DNA of 64,000 bases. It comes from Acidobacteriota bacterium. Its GTDB lineage: Bacteria > Acidobacteriota > Vicinamibacteria > Vicinamibacterales > UBA2999. Positions 24,911 to 36,027 of this stretch are shown in pieces. The DNA lies in assembly GCA_963169195.1 (NCBI GenBank), contig CAUJDN010000123.1:1021-65020 (forward strand), written 5' to 3'. Each line of letters opens with the position of its first letter. The stretch's first letter is position 1. The position numbers and the translations under genes are program-made. The notes beneath the pieces are model-generated. The model saw only the letters and a list, made by a program, of their open reading frames with translations. It made no database searches and was not told the origin of the DNA.

Positions 24911-26920
24911 TCAGCGGAAGATCGCGCGGACGCGGCGGCCGGCTTCCGCGATCCATCCCTGCACCGTGCGCGCGACGCGCTGGCGAATGGTGCCCCGGTG
25001 CACCGCGCACAGCCGGTCCGGGATCTGGTCGCCTTCCTTGAAGTACTCGGTGTAGAGCGGGCACCCATCCACCGGCCTGCGGTAGCTGATGGCGCAGAGC
25101 GTTTCGTCGTGCAGGCGCGCGGGCCGCTCGAACGTGCCCGCGGGCCGCACGCGCGCCGCGCGCTGCATGAAGTCGGCCCAGATGGGCAGCGCGTAGCGCG
25201 AGCCGTAGGCGTCGCGCCCAATCGTCGCCGGCTGGTCGAAGCCGACCCACACGCCCACCACGATCGACGGCGAGAAGCCGACGAACCACGCGTCCTTGAA
25301 GTCGTCGGTCGTGCCCGTCTTGCCGCCAACCGGGAACCGCACGCCGAGTCGGCGGGCAGCGGTTCCCGTCCCGCGATCCACCACGTCCCCCAGCATGGAG
25401 ACCATCTGGAACGCCACCTCGGGCGACAGGACACGCTCGGCCTCCACGCTCTGCTGCAGGGCCGGCGCGCCGTCGGCGTCGATGACGCGGAGGATGTCGC
25501 GCGGCCGCACGGCCATCCCGCCATTGGGGAACATCGAGAACGCGGCGGTGATGGCCAGCGGGGTCACCAGGCCGGTCCCGAGCGACAGCGAGGGCACGTC
25601 CGGCAGATCGTCCAGCCCGGCCCGCGACGCGAGGTTCAGCACGCGGCGCGCCCCGACGCGCTGCTGCAGCCGCGTCGCCGCGCGGTTGTCCGACGCCAGG
25701 AGGGCGGCTCGCAGCGTGAGCGCGTCGGGCGTGTCGTCACTCACGTTGCGCGGCGTCCATTCGTCGGGGCCCTGCGGGGGAATGCGGTCCAGGCCGTCCA
25801 GGACCGACACGGGCGACAGTCCACGCTCGAGCGCCACGGCGAACACGAACGGCTTGAACGCGGATCCCGGCTGACGCCGGCTCCGACTGGCCCGGTTGAA
25901 AGCCGATCGGCGATAGTCGCGCCCGCCGACCAGCGCCAGCACGTCGCCGGTGTGCGGATCCATGGCGACGAGCGCTGCCTGCAGCTCGGGCGCGCCGAAC
26001 CGTGAGAGGCCTCGCTCCACGGCGCCCTCGGCGGCATCCTGCAGCGCAGCCACGAACGTCGTCTCGACCCGCCAGTCGGGGGGATGGTCACCGCCGAAGG
26101 CATCGCGGAACCGCTGGCGGAGATGGGCCTTCGCATAGCCGTGCCGGGCGTCGCCATCGCTCCGGTACGCGCGCACCCGAAGGCGCGCGCGCCTGGCCTC
26201 CTGCTCTTCAGCCACGGTGATGAAACCGGCATCACGCATGCGCGCCAGCACCACGTGGCTGCGCGCGATGGCGCCGTCCAGGTTCGACCAGGGCGAGAGC
26301 GCCGCCGGCGCCCGGGCGAGCCCGGCGATGAGGGCGCTTTCCGCAATCGAGAGGTCCCGGGCCGGCTTGCCGAAGACGCGGCGCGACATGGCCTCGACGC
26401 CGTAGATGCCCGCGCTCAGGTAGAGACGATTGAGGTACAGCTCGAGAATCTGCTCCTTGGTGAGCTGCGCTTCGATCAGGACGGACAGCACGGCCTCGCG
26501 TGCCTTCCGCAGGTAGCTCTTCCGGTTCGACAGGAACAGCGTGCGGGCAAGCTGCTGCGTGATGGTGCTGCCGCCTTCCACCGTGCCCGGCTCACGCAGG
26601 TTGCGGGACGCGGCTCTCGCCAGCGCAATCGGGTCCAGGCCGGGATGCCGGAAGAAGCGGTGATCCTCCACCGCCACGAAGGCGTGCTGCAGGTGCGGCG
26701 AGATGGCCGCCATCGGCACGTCGTGCCGCTGCTCGTCGAGGCGGAACCACGGCCGGCCGTCGGCCGTGTGGAACCAGGTGTCGCCGACGCCTCGCGTGAG
26801 CTTGTAGACGGCATAGCCCTGCCGTCCGAGCCACACCGTGGCGATGCTGGCCACGACGATGAACATCCAGAGCAGGGCTCGCGCCCTGCCGGAGTCGGTG
26901 CGAAGCCAGCCGAGCATCAC
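24911..26920 (-). CDS. class A penicillin-binding protein (PBP1A family; glycosyltransferase 51 plus transpeptidase)
   Basis: GT51 motifs FVAVEDHRFFRHPGLD, GGSTITQQLAR and RKAREAVLSVLIEAQLTKEQILELYLN. Transpeptidase motifs SAFKPFVF (SxxK) and KTGTT. Confidence 0.9.
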   Translation of the reverse strand: MMLGWLRTDSGRARALLWMFIVVASIATVWLGRQGYAVYKLTRGVGDTWFHTADGRPWFRLDEQRHDVPMAAISPHLQHAFVAVEDHRFFRHPGLDPIALARAASRNLREPGTVEGGSTITQQLARTLFLSNRKSYLRKAREAVLSVLIEAQLTKEQILELYLNRLYLSAGIYGVEAMSRRVFGKPARDLSIAESALIAGLARAPAALSPWSNLDGAIARSHVVLARMRDAGFITVAEEQEARRARLRVRAYRSDGDARHGYAKAHLRQRFRDAFGGDHPPDWRVETTFVAALQDAAEGAVERGLSRFGAPELQAALVAMDPHTGDVLALVGGRDYRRSAFNRASRSRRQPGSAFKPFVFAVALERGLSPVSVLDGLDRIPPQGPDEWTPRNVSDDTPDALTLRAALLASDNRAATRLQQRVGARRVLNLASRAGLDDLPDVPSLSLGTGLVTPLAITAAFSMFPNGGMAVRPRDILRVIDADGAPALQQSVEAERVLSPEVAFQMVSMLGDVVDRGTGTAARRLGVRFPVGGKTGTTDDFKDAWFVGFSPSIVVGVWVGFDQPATIGRDAYGSRYALPIWADFMQRAARVRPAGTFERPARLHDETLCAISYRRPVDGCPLYTEYFKEGDQIPDRLCAVHRGTIRQRVARTVQGWIAEAGRRVRAIFR

Positions 26921-27064
26921 CCTTTGGACGACAGGCCGGCCGGGTCAGTCTGAGGCTGCAGGGGCCCCGGGTGCCGCGCCGTCGGCATCCGGCCCTGCGG
27001 GCCCGACCGCCGTCGACGGGACGACGACACGGGCAACACGCCCGGCCCCGAGGCCGACGGGCTG

Positions 27065-28543
27065 CTACGGTTTCGAGACCACGATCGTGTCGCCGGGCTG
27101 CAGGATGTCCTCAGGCACGGCCCGGAGCTCGAGTCGCGTGCCGTACATCCATCGCACGATCGTCAGCCGGCCGGCGGTTCCGCCACGTCTCGCACCGCCG
27201 GCCGCCTCGAGCGCCTGTCGCACGGACGTGCCGGGCTCGACGGCGTACACGCCAGGCGCCCTGACCTCGCCAAACACGAACACGCGAGCGTGTGCGAGGC
27301 GGGACACGAAGATGACGTCGCCGTCCCGCAACGCCGGGTTCTCGGCCGGCAACCCTCGTATGAACGGCGTCAGGTCCACCTCCAGCACCTCGGCAGGATC
27401 CACGCGCCCCGGGACGCGACCGGGCACGAGGCGAGGCTCGCCGCCGGTGCGCACGATGGTGGCCCTCATGCCGGCATCGGGGGTGAGCGGGTCGGCAAAC
27501 CCCAACGCCTCGGTCAGGGTCATGCCGCTGGCGAGTGCAAGACTGCCCGGACGTCGGACCTCCCCGACGATGAAGATGCGCGGGCGGCGCGAGGGCTCCA
27601 CGGACAGGCTGAGGCGCGGGTCCTTGATGTAGGCGTCGGACAGCCGTCGCTTCAGATCCGCCTCGATGCTCCGCGCCGTCAGGCCTGCCGCCGGCACCCG
27701 CCCCACCATGGGAAAAGCGAAGCTGCCGTCGGTCCCGACCTCGTAGTTCCCCGAGAAAGCCGGCCAGTCCCAGAGCGAGATCGACAAGACGTCCCGGGGC
27801 CCGACGAGCGGTTCCCCCCCACGTCCGGCGGACAGCGACGAGGCGGGCGAACCGGGCACCTCGGCGGCAGGCGGCGGCTCCGCAACTGCCACGGGTGGTG
27901 CTGGTGCCGGGGGCAGGGCGTCAGGTCCGGAGCTCGTCGGCGGCGGGACAGTGGCCGGTGGCGTGGAAGCGGGCGAGGAGCCGGGCGACGTCTCTGCGGT
28001 CCCGGCAGGCGCTCGCGTTGGGGACGTCGCCGCCGCCGCTGAGACGTCCGGCGGCGGAGCAACTGCGGCGTCTCCCGAGGGGCGGGTCGAAACGGATGGC
28101 GCGGCGACGTTCCCGGTTCCGATGACGACCACGATGCGCCCCTGGCCCTGTGCCGACGTGTCGATCTGGTACGGCAGTCGGCGCCCAAGATCGAACACGA
28201 CGCGAGTCACGAGCGGCGAGGCGCTGTAGCGCGCCGTCCGCACGCGCAGCACGGCACTGGCGTTGACCGGGGTCAGGGCTGGCGCGGTGTGCTCGACACC
28301 GGGAAAGTCGAGGACCAGGCGCGGGGGCGGAGCACTTACCTCGAGCGGCCGGTCGGGGACGAGCGCCCCACGGCCCGAGAGCGTGATGCGGACAACGCCG
28401 TCTGACACCTCCACCGCCACGGCGGAAAGAGTCGGTCTGGACCCGGCCGGTTGCCCGGCGCTCTCGGTGACACCAATGACCAGAACGAGCAACAGCAGAG
28501 CGCCCGGGCCACCAGGAGTGATCGGGAACAGGCGAAACGGCAT
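27065..28543 (-). CDS. AMIN domain fused to a Wza-like polysaccharide export (Poly_export plus SLBB) protein
   Basis: Signal sequence, then an AMIN-like block (VVRITLSGRG...PPRLVLDFPGVEH...VLRVRTARYSASPLVTRVVFDL), then a Pro/Ala-rich linker. After that comes ..LSISLWDWPAFSGNYEVGTDGSFAFPMVGRVPAAGLTARSIEADLKRRL...IFIVGEVRRPGSLAL and a second SLBB-like VFVFGEVRAPGVYAV. Confidence 0.75.
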   Translation of the reverse strand: MPFRLFPITPGGPGALLLLVLVIGVTESAGQPAGSRPTLSAVAVEVSDGVVRITLSGRGALVPDRPLEVSAPPPRLVLDFPGVEHTAPALTPVNASAVLRVRTARYSASPLVTRVVFDLGRRLPYQIDTSAQGQGRIVVVIGTGNVAAPSVSTRPSGDAAVAPPPDVSAAAATSPTRAPAGTAETSPGSSPASTPPATVPPPTSSGPDALPPAPAPPVAVAEPPPAAEVPGSPASSLSAGRGGEPLVGPRDVLSISLWDWPAFSGNYEVGTDGSFAFPMVGRVPAAGLTARSIEADLKRRLSDAYIKDPRLSLSVEPSRRPRIFIVGEVRRPGSLALASGMTLTEALGFADPLTPDAGMRATIVRTGGEPRLVPGRVPGRVDPAEVLEVDLTPFIRGLPAENPALRDGDVIFVSRLAHARVFVFGEVRAPGVYAVEPGTSVRQALEAAGGARRGGTAGRLTIVRWMYGTRLELRAVPEDILQPGDTIVVSKP

Positions 28544-28744
28544 GGGAGACGCTCAGGGCGACCCCTATCGTAGCCGGAGAACGGGCTCGCCGCGCGGTGA
28601 ACGCTCCGCTTCATCCGGTCGACGCGGCAGGGTGTCGGGCTCGTGCCCACCGGGCCTCACGCCGCGACGCGCTTCCCGGATCTGCACGCCACTGCCCGCG
28701 CGTTCACCCCTGGCAGGCGTCTCCACGCCTCTCGGGGCCGTCCG

Positions 28745-31192
<2,448 letters not shown>

Positions 31193-31203
31193 CAGATCAG
31201 AAC

Positions 31204-31240
31204 GGGAGCCGGGAGTCGGGAGTCGGGAGTCGGGAAGTCG
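31204..31240. repeat. heptamer tandem array GGGAGYC x5
   Basis: Read directly from the sequence: gggagcc gggagtc gggagtc gggagtc gggaagtc. It begins 12 nt upstream of the topoisomerase A start codon. Confidence 0.88.
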
Positions 31241-31242
31241 GG

Positions 31243-31298
31243 CCCCAAGACCTCAAGACCCCAAGACCCCAAGACCTCAAGACCTCAAGACCCAAGGA
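31243..31298. repeat. octamer tandem array CCYCAAGA x7 (minus strand TCTTGRGG)
   Basis: Read directly from the sequence. It is contiguous with the heptamer array, in the divergent spacer between topoisomerase A and TrpB2. Confidence 0.88.
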
Positions 31299-31444
31299 TA
31301 GCAGGGCTTCCCCACCCCATGCGCAGCGTGCAGAGCGTCTGTGCTGCGCCGCAGGCGCCGGCGCGGGTCCCGGACTTTCCCTCGGCGCGGCGCTCGTCGT
31401 AAAGTCTAAGGCTCATTCACTCTGCCGCACGATCGAGGGACACC

Positions 31445-32815
31445 ATGAGCGACGCCATCAAATACCTTCTCGACGAATCCCGCATCCCGAAGGCCTGGTA
31501 CAACCTGATGGCCGACCTGCCCTCGCCGCCGCCGCCGGTGCTGCACCCGGGGACGATGAAGCCCGTGGGGCCCGACGACCTGGCGCCGCTGTTCCCCATG
31601 GCGCTCATCGGGCAGGAGGTGTCCACCGAGCGCGAGATCGAGATTCCCGAGCCGGTCCGCGACGTCTACCGGCAGTGGCGCCCCTCGCCGCTCTTCCGCG
31701 CGCGGCGGCTCGAGCAGGCGCTGCAGACGCCCGCCCGCATCTATTACAAGTACGAGGGCGTCAGCCCCGCGGGCAGCCACAAGCCGAACACCGCCGTGGC
31801 CCAGGCCTTCTTCAACAAGGAAGCCGGGATCCGGAAGATCACCACCGAGACGGGTGCCGGCCAGTGGGGCTCGTCGCTCGCGTTCGCGGGCGCGCTCTTC
31901 GGGATCGACATCCAGGTGTTCATGGTGCGCGTGTCGTACGGCCAGAAGCCGTACCGGCGGCTGATGATGGAGACCTTCGGCGCGAGGTGCATTCCCAGCC
32001 CGTCGATGGAGACCAGCTTCGGGCGGGCGGTGTTGGCCCGCACGCCGGACAGCCCCGGCAGCCTGGGCATCGCCATCTCCGAGGCGGTGGAGGTCGCCGC
32101 CACGCACGACGACACGAAGTACGCGCTCGGGTCGGTGCTCAACCACGTGCTGCTGCACCAGACGGTGGTCGGCCAGGAAGCCATCGCGCAGCTCGAGATG
32201 GCGGACGACTATCCCGACATCGTCGTCGGCTGCACGGGCGGCGGGTCGAACTTCGCCGGCATCGCCTTCCCGTTCATCGGCGCCCAGCTGCGGGGGGGAC
32301 GGAAGGTGCGGGTCATCGCGGTGGAGCCGGCGGCCTGCCCGAGCCTCACGCGCGGGCTCTACCGGTACGACTTCGGCGACACCGGCCGGATGACCCCGCT
32401 CGTGAAGATGCACACGCTCGGCTCGGCGTTCGTGCCGCCGGGCTTCCACGCGGGCGGACTCCGGTACCACGGCATGGCGCCGCTCGTCTCGCACGTCAAG
32501 GAACTGGGCCTCATCGAGGCCCGCGCCGAGCACCAGACCCAGTGCTTCGAGGCGGGCGTCCTCTTCGCGCGCGCGGAGGGCATCGTGCCCGCTCCCGAGG
32601 CGAACCATGCGGTGAAGGGTGCCATCGACGAGGCGGTGAAGTGCCGCGAGGAGGGGACGTCGAAGGCGATCCTCTTCAACCTCTGCGGGCACGGCCACTT
32701 CGACATGGCGGCGTACCAGGACTACTTCGCCGGCCGGCTCGAGGACCGGGACTACGACGAGGGCGAGCTGGCCATGGCGCTGGCGGGGCTGCCGTCGGTG
32801 CCGGCTGGAGTCTGA
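31445..32815 (+). CDS. TrpB-like PLP-dependent enzyme (tryptophan synthase beta, TrpB2 type)
   Basis: 456 aa. It reads [26 protein letters not shown]...[44 protein letters not shown], the long TrpB2 N-terminus with the PLP lysine (SHK). Confidence 0.88.
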   Translation: MSDAIKYLLDESRIPKAWYNLMADLPSPPPPVLHPGTMKPVGPDDLAPLFPMALIGQEVSTEREIEIPEPVRDVYRQWRPSPLFRARRLEQALQTPARIYYKYEGVSPAGSHKPNTAVAQAFFNKEAGIRKITTETGAGQWGSSLAFAGALFGIDIQVFMVRVSYGQKPYRRLMMETFGARCIPSPSMETSFGRAVLARTPDSPGSLGIAISEAVEVAATHDDTKYALGSVLNHVLLHQTVVGQEAIAQLEMADDYPDIVVGCTGGGSNFAGIAFPFIGAQLRGGRKVRVIAVEPAACPSLTRGLYRYDFGDTGRMTPLVKMHTLGSAFVPPGFHAGGLRYHGMAPLVSHVKELGLIEARAEHQTQCFEAGVLFARAEGIVPAPEANHAVKGAIDEAVKCREEGTSKAILFNLCGHGHFDMAAYQDYFAGRLEDRDYDEGELAMALAGLPSVPAGV

Positions 32816-32926
32816 GCGGTCCGCGTCAGACGGGCGTGTCCCCGGCGGGCGCCATGGGCCAGCCGTGCGTCGGCCGCCTCCCGGTGACCCGCGGTCAGTG
32901 CGCGGGTCGCGGTATGGTAGTATGGC

Positions 32927-33208
32927 ATGGGTATGGTCAAGGTGACGTTCTCGCTCGACGAAGAGACCGTCGAGCAGATCCGCCGGGCCGCCAGCCGCCT
33001 CGGCAGGGCCCAGAGCCACATCGTCCGCGACGCCGTCGCCGACTACGCCGCGAGGGTCGATCGATTGAGCGAGCGCGAGCGCCTGACGCTGCTGGGCGTG
33101 CTCGAGGGCCTCGCCAGGGCCGCGCCGACGCGCAGCGCCCGGGCCGTCGACGGGGAGCTGGGCGCCATCCGGGCGGCACGACGGCAGGGCGGCCGGCGGT
33201 CCGCGTGA
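32927..33208 (+). CDS. vapB: ribbon-helix-helix (CopG-like) antitoxin
   Basis: MGMVKVTFSLDEETVEQIRRAASRLGRAQSHIVRDAVADY has an RHH pattern. There is a GTGA overlap with the downstream PIN gene. Confidence 0.75.
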   Translation: MGMVKVTFSLDEETVEQIRRAASRLGRAQSHIVRDAVADYAARVDRLSERERLTLLGVLEGLARAAPTRSARAVDGELGAIRAARRQGGRRSA

Positions 33209-33579
33209 TCGTTCACCTCGACACGTCGGCCCTGGTCGATGCCCTGACCGGCCCGAGGCGCTCGCTGTCGACGCTGACGGCGCTCGTCGAGCAGGGACAT
33301 CCCATCGCGATCTCGAGCCTGGTCTTCTTCGAGTGGAAGCGTGGTCCGCGGGTGCGTGGTGAACTGGCCGCGCAGGAGGCCCTCCTGCCGACCGAATCGG
33401 TCGTGGCGTTCGACGGAGGGGCCGCGGCGCTCGCGGCCGACCTGTACCGGCGCCTCTCCCGCCCGCGCGGGCGGGAGATCGACGTCGCCATCGCGGCGGC
33501 CGCCATGCACCAGGGCGCCATGCTCTGGACGCTCAACCGCCGAGATTTCGAGGACATCCCGGGGCTCCGGCTCGCCTGA
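33205..33579 (+). CDS. vapC: PIN-domain toxin (VapC family)
   Basis: GTG 33205. VIVHLDTSALVDAL...FFEWKRG...DVAIAAAAMHQGAMLWTLNRRDF carries the conserved acidic residues of PIN (D6, E, D, N/D). It is the C-terminal part of the over-long track ORF 31084..33579. Confidence 0.78.
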   Translation: MIVHLDTSALVDALTGPRRSLSTLTALVEQGHPIAISSLVFFEWKRGPRVRGELAAQEALLPTESVVAFDGGAAALAADLYRRLSRPRGREIDVAIAAAAMHQGAMLWTLNRRDFEDIPGLRLA

Positions 33580-33687
33580 CGCAGCCATCCGTGAGCCCAC
33601 GGCCCTCGTCCATCCCTCCGGCGCCAGGGAGGCCCTGAATCCCGGGCGGGCCGAGCCGGCTGCCTGCCGCGGGTGGCATCGGTGCCG

Positions 33688-34089
33688 TCAGCGCGGGGCC
33701 ATGACGGCCTGCAACTGACTCGTGTCGACGTACTGCTGGAAGCTCGCGAGCTTGCCGTCCCTGAAGCGGAGCACGTGGCAGACCTGTGCGTCGAGCGGCT
33801 TGCCGGAAGCCATGTGGGTGCCGGTATAGCGGCCTTCCATCACCACGTGCTCTCCGGCGTCGTGGAGCCTGTGGACGTTGACCGTGAAACCGTCCCAGTC
33901 CCCGCCGATCCGCATGAAGAGCCGCTCGAGGACCGCCTGCGGCCCGACCCAGGCCGTGCCGTCCGGCTGATAGGGATTGCCCTCGGCCTCGCGCCATTCG
34001 ATCTCGGGATGGAACATGCCCAGCACGGCCGGGATGTCGCCGCGCCCGAACGCGGCGTAGATGTCGTTCGCGTGCTGCACGTTGCTCAT
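33688..34089 (-). CDS. SnoaL-like / NTF2-fold family protein
   Basis: ATG 34089 is preceded by a GAGGAG Shine-Dalgarno. The 133-aa protein reads MSNVQHANDIYAAFGRGDIPAVLGMFHPEIEWREAEG...VCHVLRFRDGKLASFQQYVDT. Confidence 0.7.
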   Translation of the reverse strand: MSNVQHANDIYAAFGRGDIPAVLGMFHPEIEWREAEGNPYQPDGTAWVGPQAVLERLFMRIGGDWDGFTVNVHRLHDAGEHVVMEGRYTGTHMASGKPLDAQVCHVLRFRDGKLASFQQYVDTSQLQAVMAPR

Positions 34090-34205
34090 CGTGAACTCCT
34101 CGGGCCGTGGGGGATGACGGCCAGGCCGGCCCGCATTGTGCCACACGAGGGGCACGGCGACCGACTCGGTCGGCGAGGCACAGGGTCCACCGCCGGACCC
34201 CGCCG

Positions 34206-34211
34206 TATAAT
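34206..34211 (+). promoter_or_regulatory. TATAAT -10 box upstream of the 34290 gene
   Basis: A perfect TATAAT hexamer stands out in GC-rich sequence, 79 nt upstream of the ATG. Confidence 0.35.
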
Positions 34212-34289
34212 CCGTTCCGGGCGCGCGGCCGGGCCACCCGGACCGCCGGCCGGGGAACGCCCACGGCCGTTCGTGTGGAGGAAGACCAG

Positions 34290-34721
34290 ATGGCGTGGAC
34301 ACGTCGCGACTTCGTCAAGGCCCCGGCACTGGCCGCCCCGGTCGCCGCTGTTCCATCCGACGGGTGGGCCCGGCAGGCGCCCGCCTCCGGGACGCCGTCC
34401 GCGCCGGCGGGTGCGTCCGTGCATGGATGGATGAGGGTCCTCGAGCAGATGGCGCCGCACTACCCGGCCGACGCCCTCTACGTCTACGGGCACGCGGAGG
34501 CGGGGCACCCCTTCATCGGCACGCGCGCCGACCTGCTCTACCAGCGCGACTGCTTCTCGGCGGCGATCGACCATGCGCGCCGCGCGCGCACGGAGGGCCG
34601 CACGCGGGAGACGTTGGCGAAGGCGGACGTGCTGGCGGGCTTCGAGCACGTCGGCGGGCAGAAGCCGCGCCTGGGCCTGGCGCTGACCATCGCGTACGAC
34701 GAGCTGGCGAAGACGGATTGA
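34290..34721 (+). CDS. hypothetical protein with twin-arginine-like N-terminus (possibly a truncated hydrolase)
   Basis: A GGAGGAAG Shine-Dalgarno precedes ATG 34290. It begins MAWTRRDFVKAPALAAPVAAV.. Only about 110 residues follow. The stop overlaps the argA start (TGATG). Confidence 0.5.
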   Translation: MAWTRRDFVKAPALAAPVAAVPSDGWARQAPASGTPSAPAGASVHGWMRVLEQMAPHYPADALYVYGHAEAGHPFIGTRADLLYQRDCFSAAIDHARRARTEGRTRETLAKADVLAGFEHVGGQKPRLGLALTIAYDELAKTD

Positions 34722-36001
34722 TGAAGCCGACCGATCTGCGCGGCATCCTCGAGTACATCCCCCGCTACCGCGAGCGGATCTTCGTGCTCTCGGTGGACGG
34801 CGCCATCGTGACCGACGAGAACTTCGCGAACATCCTGCTCGATGTCGCGGTGCTCCGCTCGCTCAACATCCGGGTGGCGCTCGTGCACGGCGCGGCCGCG
34901 CAGATCGAGCGGCTGGGCGCGGAGCGCGGCGTGGCGCCGAGCGATCTGGCGGGGACGGGCGTCACCGATGCCGCGACGCTGGAGCTGGCGCTGGCCGCGG
35001 CCAACCGTCTCACCCACGAGATCCTCGAAGGCCTCTCGGCCGCGGACCTCCGGGCCGCGACCACCAACGCCGTCATCGCGCATCCCGCGGGCATCATCCA
35101 CGGCGTGGATCAGCAGTTCACCGGCCGGGTGGAGCGCGTGGACGTCGAGCTGCTCCAGGCGCTGCTGGCACAGGGCATCATCCCGGTGGTGCCGCCGCTC
35201 GGCTTCGACGGCGATGGCCGGACCTATCGGGTGAACTCGGATGCGGCCGCAGCCGCGGTGGCCAGGGCGCTCAAGGCCGTCAAGCTCGTCTACATCACCA
35301 CGCACAGCGGGATCGTCGTGGACGCCGAGCTGGTGCGGCAGCTGAGCGTGGGCGATCTGGAGGGGCTGCTGCAGAAGAACCGCGCCGGCTTCCTCCCCGA
35401 CAGCGTGTCGAAGGCCCAGCAGGCCGCGGCGGCCTGCCGGGCGGGCGTCGAGCGCGTGCACGTGATCAGCGGCCGCGAAGAGGAGGGGCTGCTGGCCGAG
35501 GTGTTCTCGAACGAGGGCATCGGCACGATGATCCACGCCGATCAGTACGAGCAGATCCGGCCCGCGAGGAAGAAGGACGTGCACGCCATCCAGGTGCTGA
35601 TCCGTCCGGGCGTCGAGGCCGGTGAGCTGATGTACCGCAGCCGCACGAGCCTCGAGAAGACGCTCGCGGACTTCTCCATCTTCGAGATCGACGGGAACCC
35701 GGTGGCCTGCGTGGCGCTCCACGTCGATGCCGGCCAGAAGACCGGCGAGCTCGCGTGCCTCTACGTGAACCCCGCCCACGAGCACCAGGGCATCGGGCGC
35801 AAGCTGGTCCAGTTCGTGGAGAGCCGGGCTCGCGAGATGGGCCTCACGCGGGTCTACGCGCTCTCGACGCAGGCGTTCACCTATTTCCAGTCGAAGGGAG
35901 GGTTCGTCGAAGGGACCCCTGACGACCTTCCTCCAGCCCGCCGCGAGAAGTACGAGAGGAGCGGCCGTCGTTCAAAGGTGCTGGTGAAGCGCCTGGCCTG
36001 A
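34721..36001 (+). CDS. argA: amino-acid N-acetyltransferase (N-acetylglutamate synthase; amino-acid kinase fold plus GNAT)
   Basis: MKPTDLRGILEYIPRYRERIFVLSVDGAIV...LVHGAAAQI..NSDAAAAAVARALKAVKLVYIT is the AAK domain. The C-terminal GNAT carries HEHQGIGRKLVQFVESRAREMG. The protein is 426 aa. Confidence 0.82.
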   Translation: MKPTDLRGILEYIPRYRERIFVLSVDGAIVTDENFANILLDVAVLRSLNIRVALVHGAAAQIERLGAERGVAPSDLAGTGVTDAATLELALAAANRLTHEILEGLSAADLRAATTNAVIAHPAGIIHGVDQQFTGRVERVDVELLQALLAQGIIPVVPPLGFDGDGRTYRVNSDAAAAAVARALKAVKLVYITTHSGIVVDAELVRQLSVGDLEGLLQKNRAGFLPDSVSKAQQAAAACRAGVERVHVISGREEEGLLAEVFSNEGIGTMIHADQYEQIRPARKKDVHAIQVLIRPGVEAGELMYRSRTSLEKTLADFSIFEIDGNPVACVALHVDAGQKTGELACLYVNPAHEHQGIGRKLVQFVESRAREMGLTRVYALSTQAFTYFQSKGGFVEGTPDDLPPARREKYERSGRRSKVLVKRLA

Positions 36002-36027
36002 TGTCGGACCGCGCCTGATCAACCACC

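Noticed and set aside
31319-31402. A 27-codon ORF plus a hairpin (31321-31349, GCGCAGC...GCTGCGC) upstream of TrpB2, considered as a possible trp attenuator leader peptide.
   Set aside because: The small ORF contains no Trp codons. There is no terminator/antiterminator alternative with a U-tract. TrpB2 genes are generally not part of attenuated trp operons.
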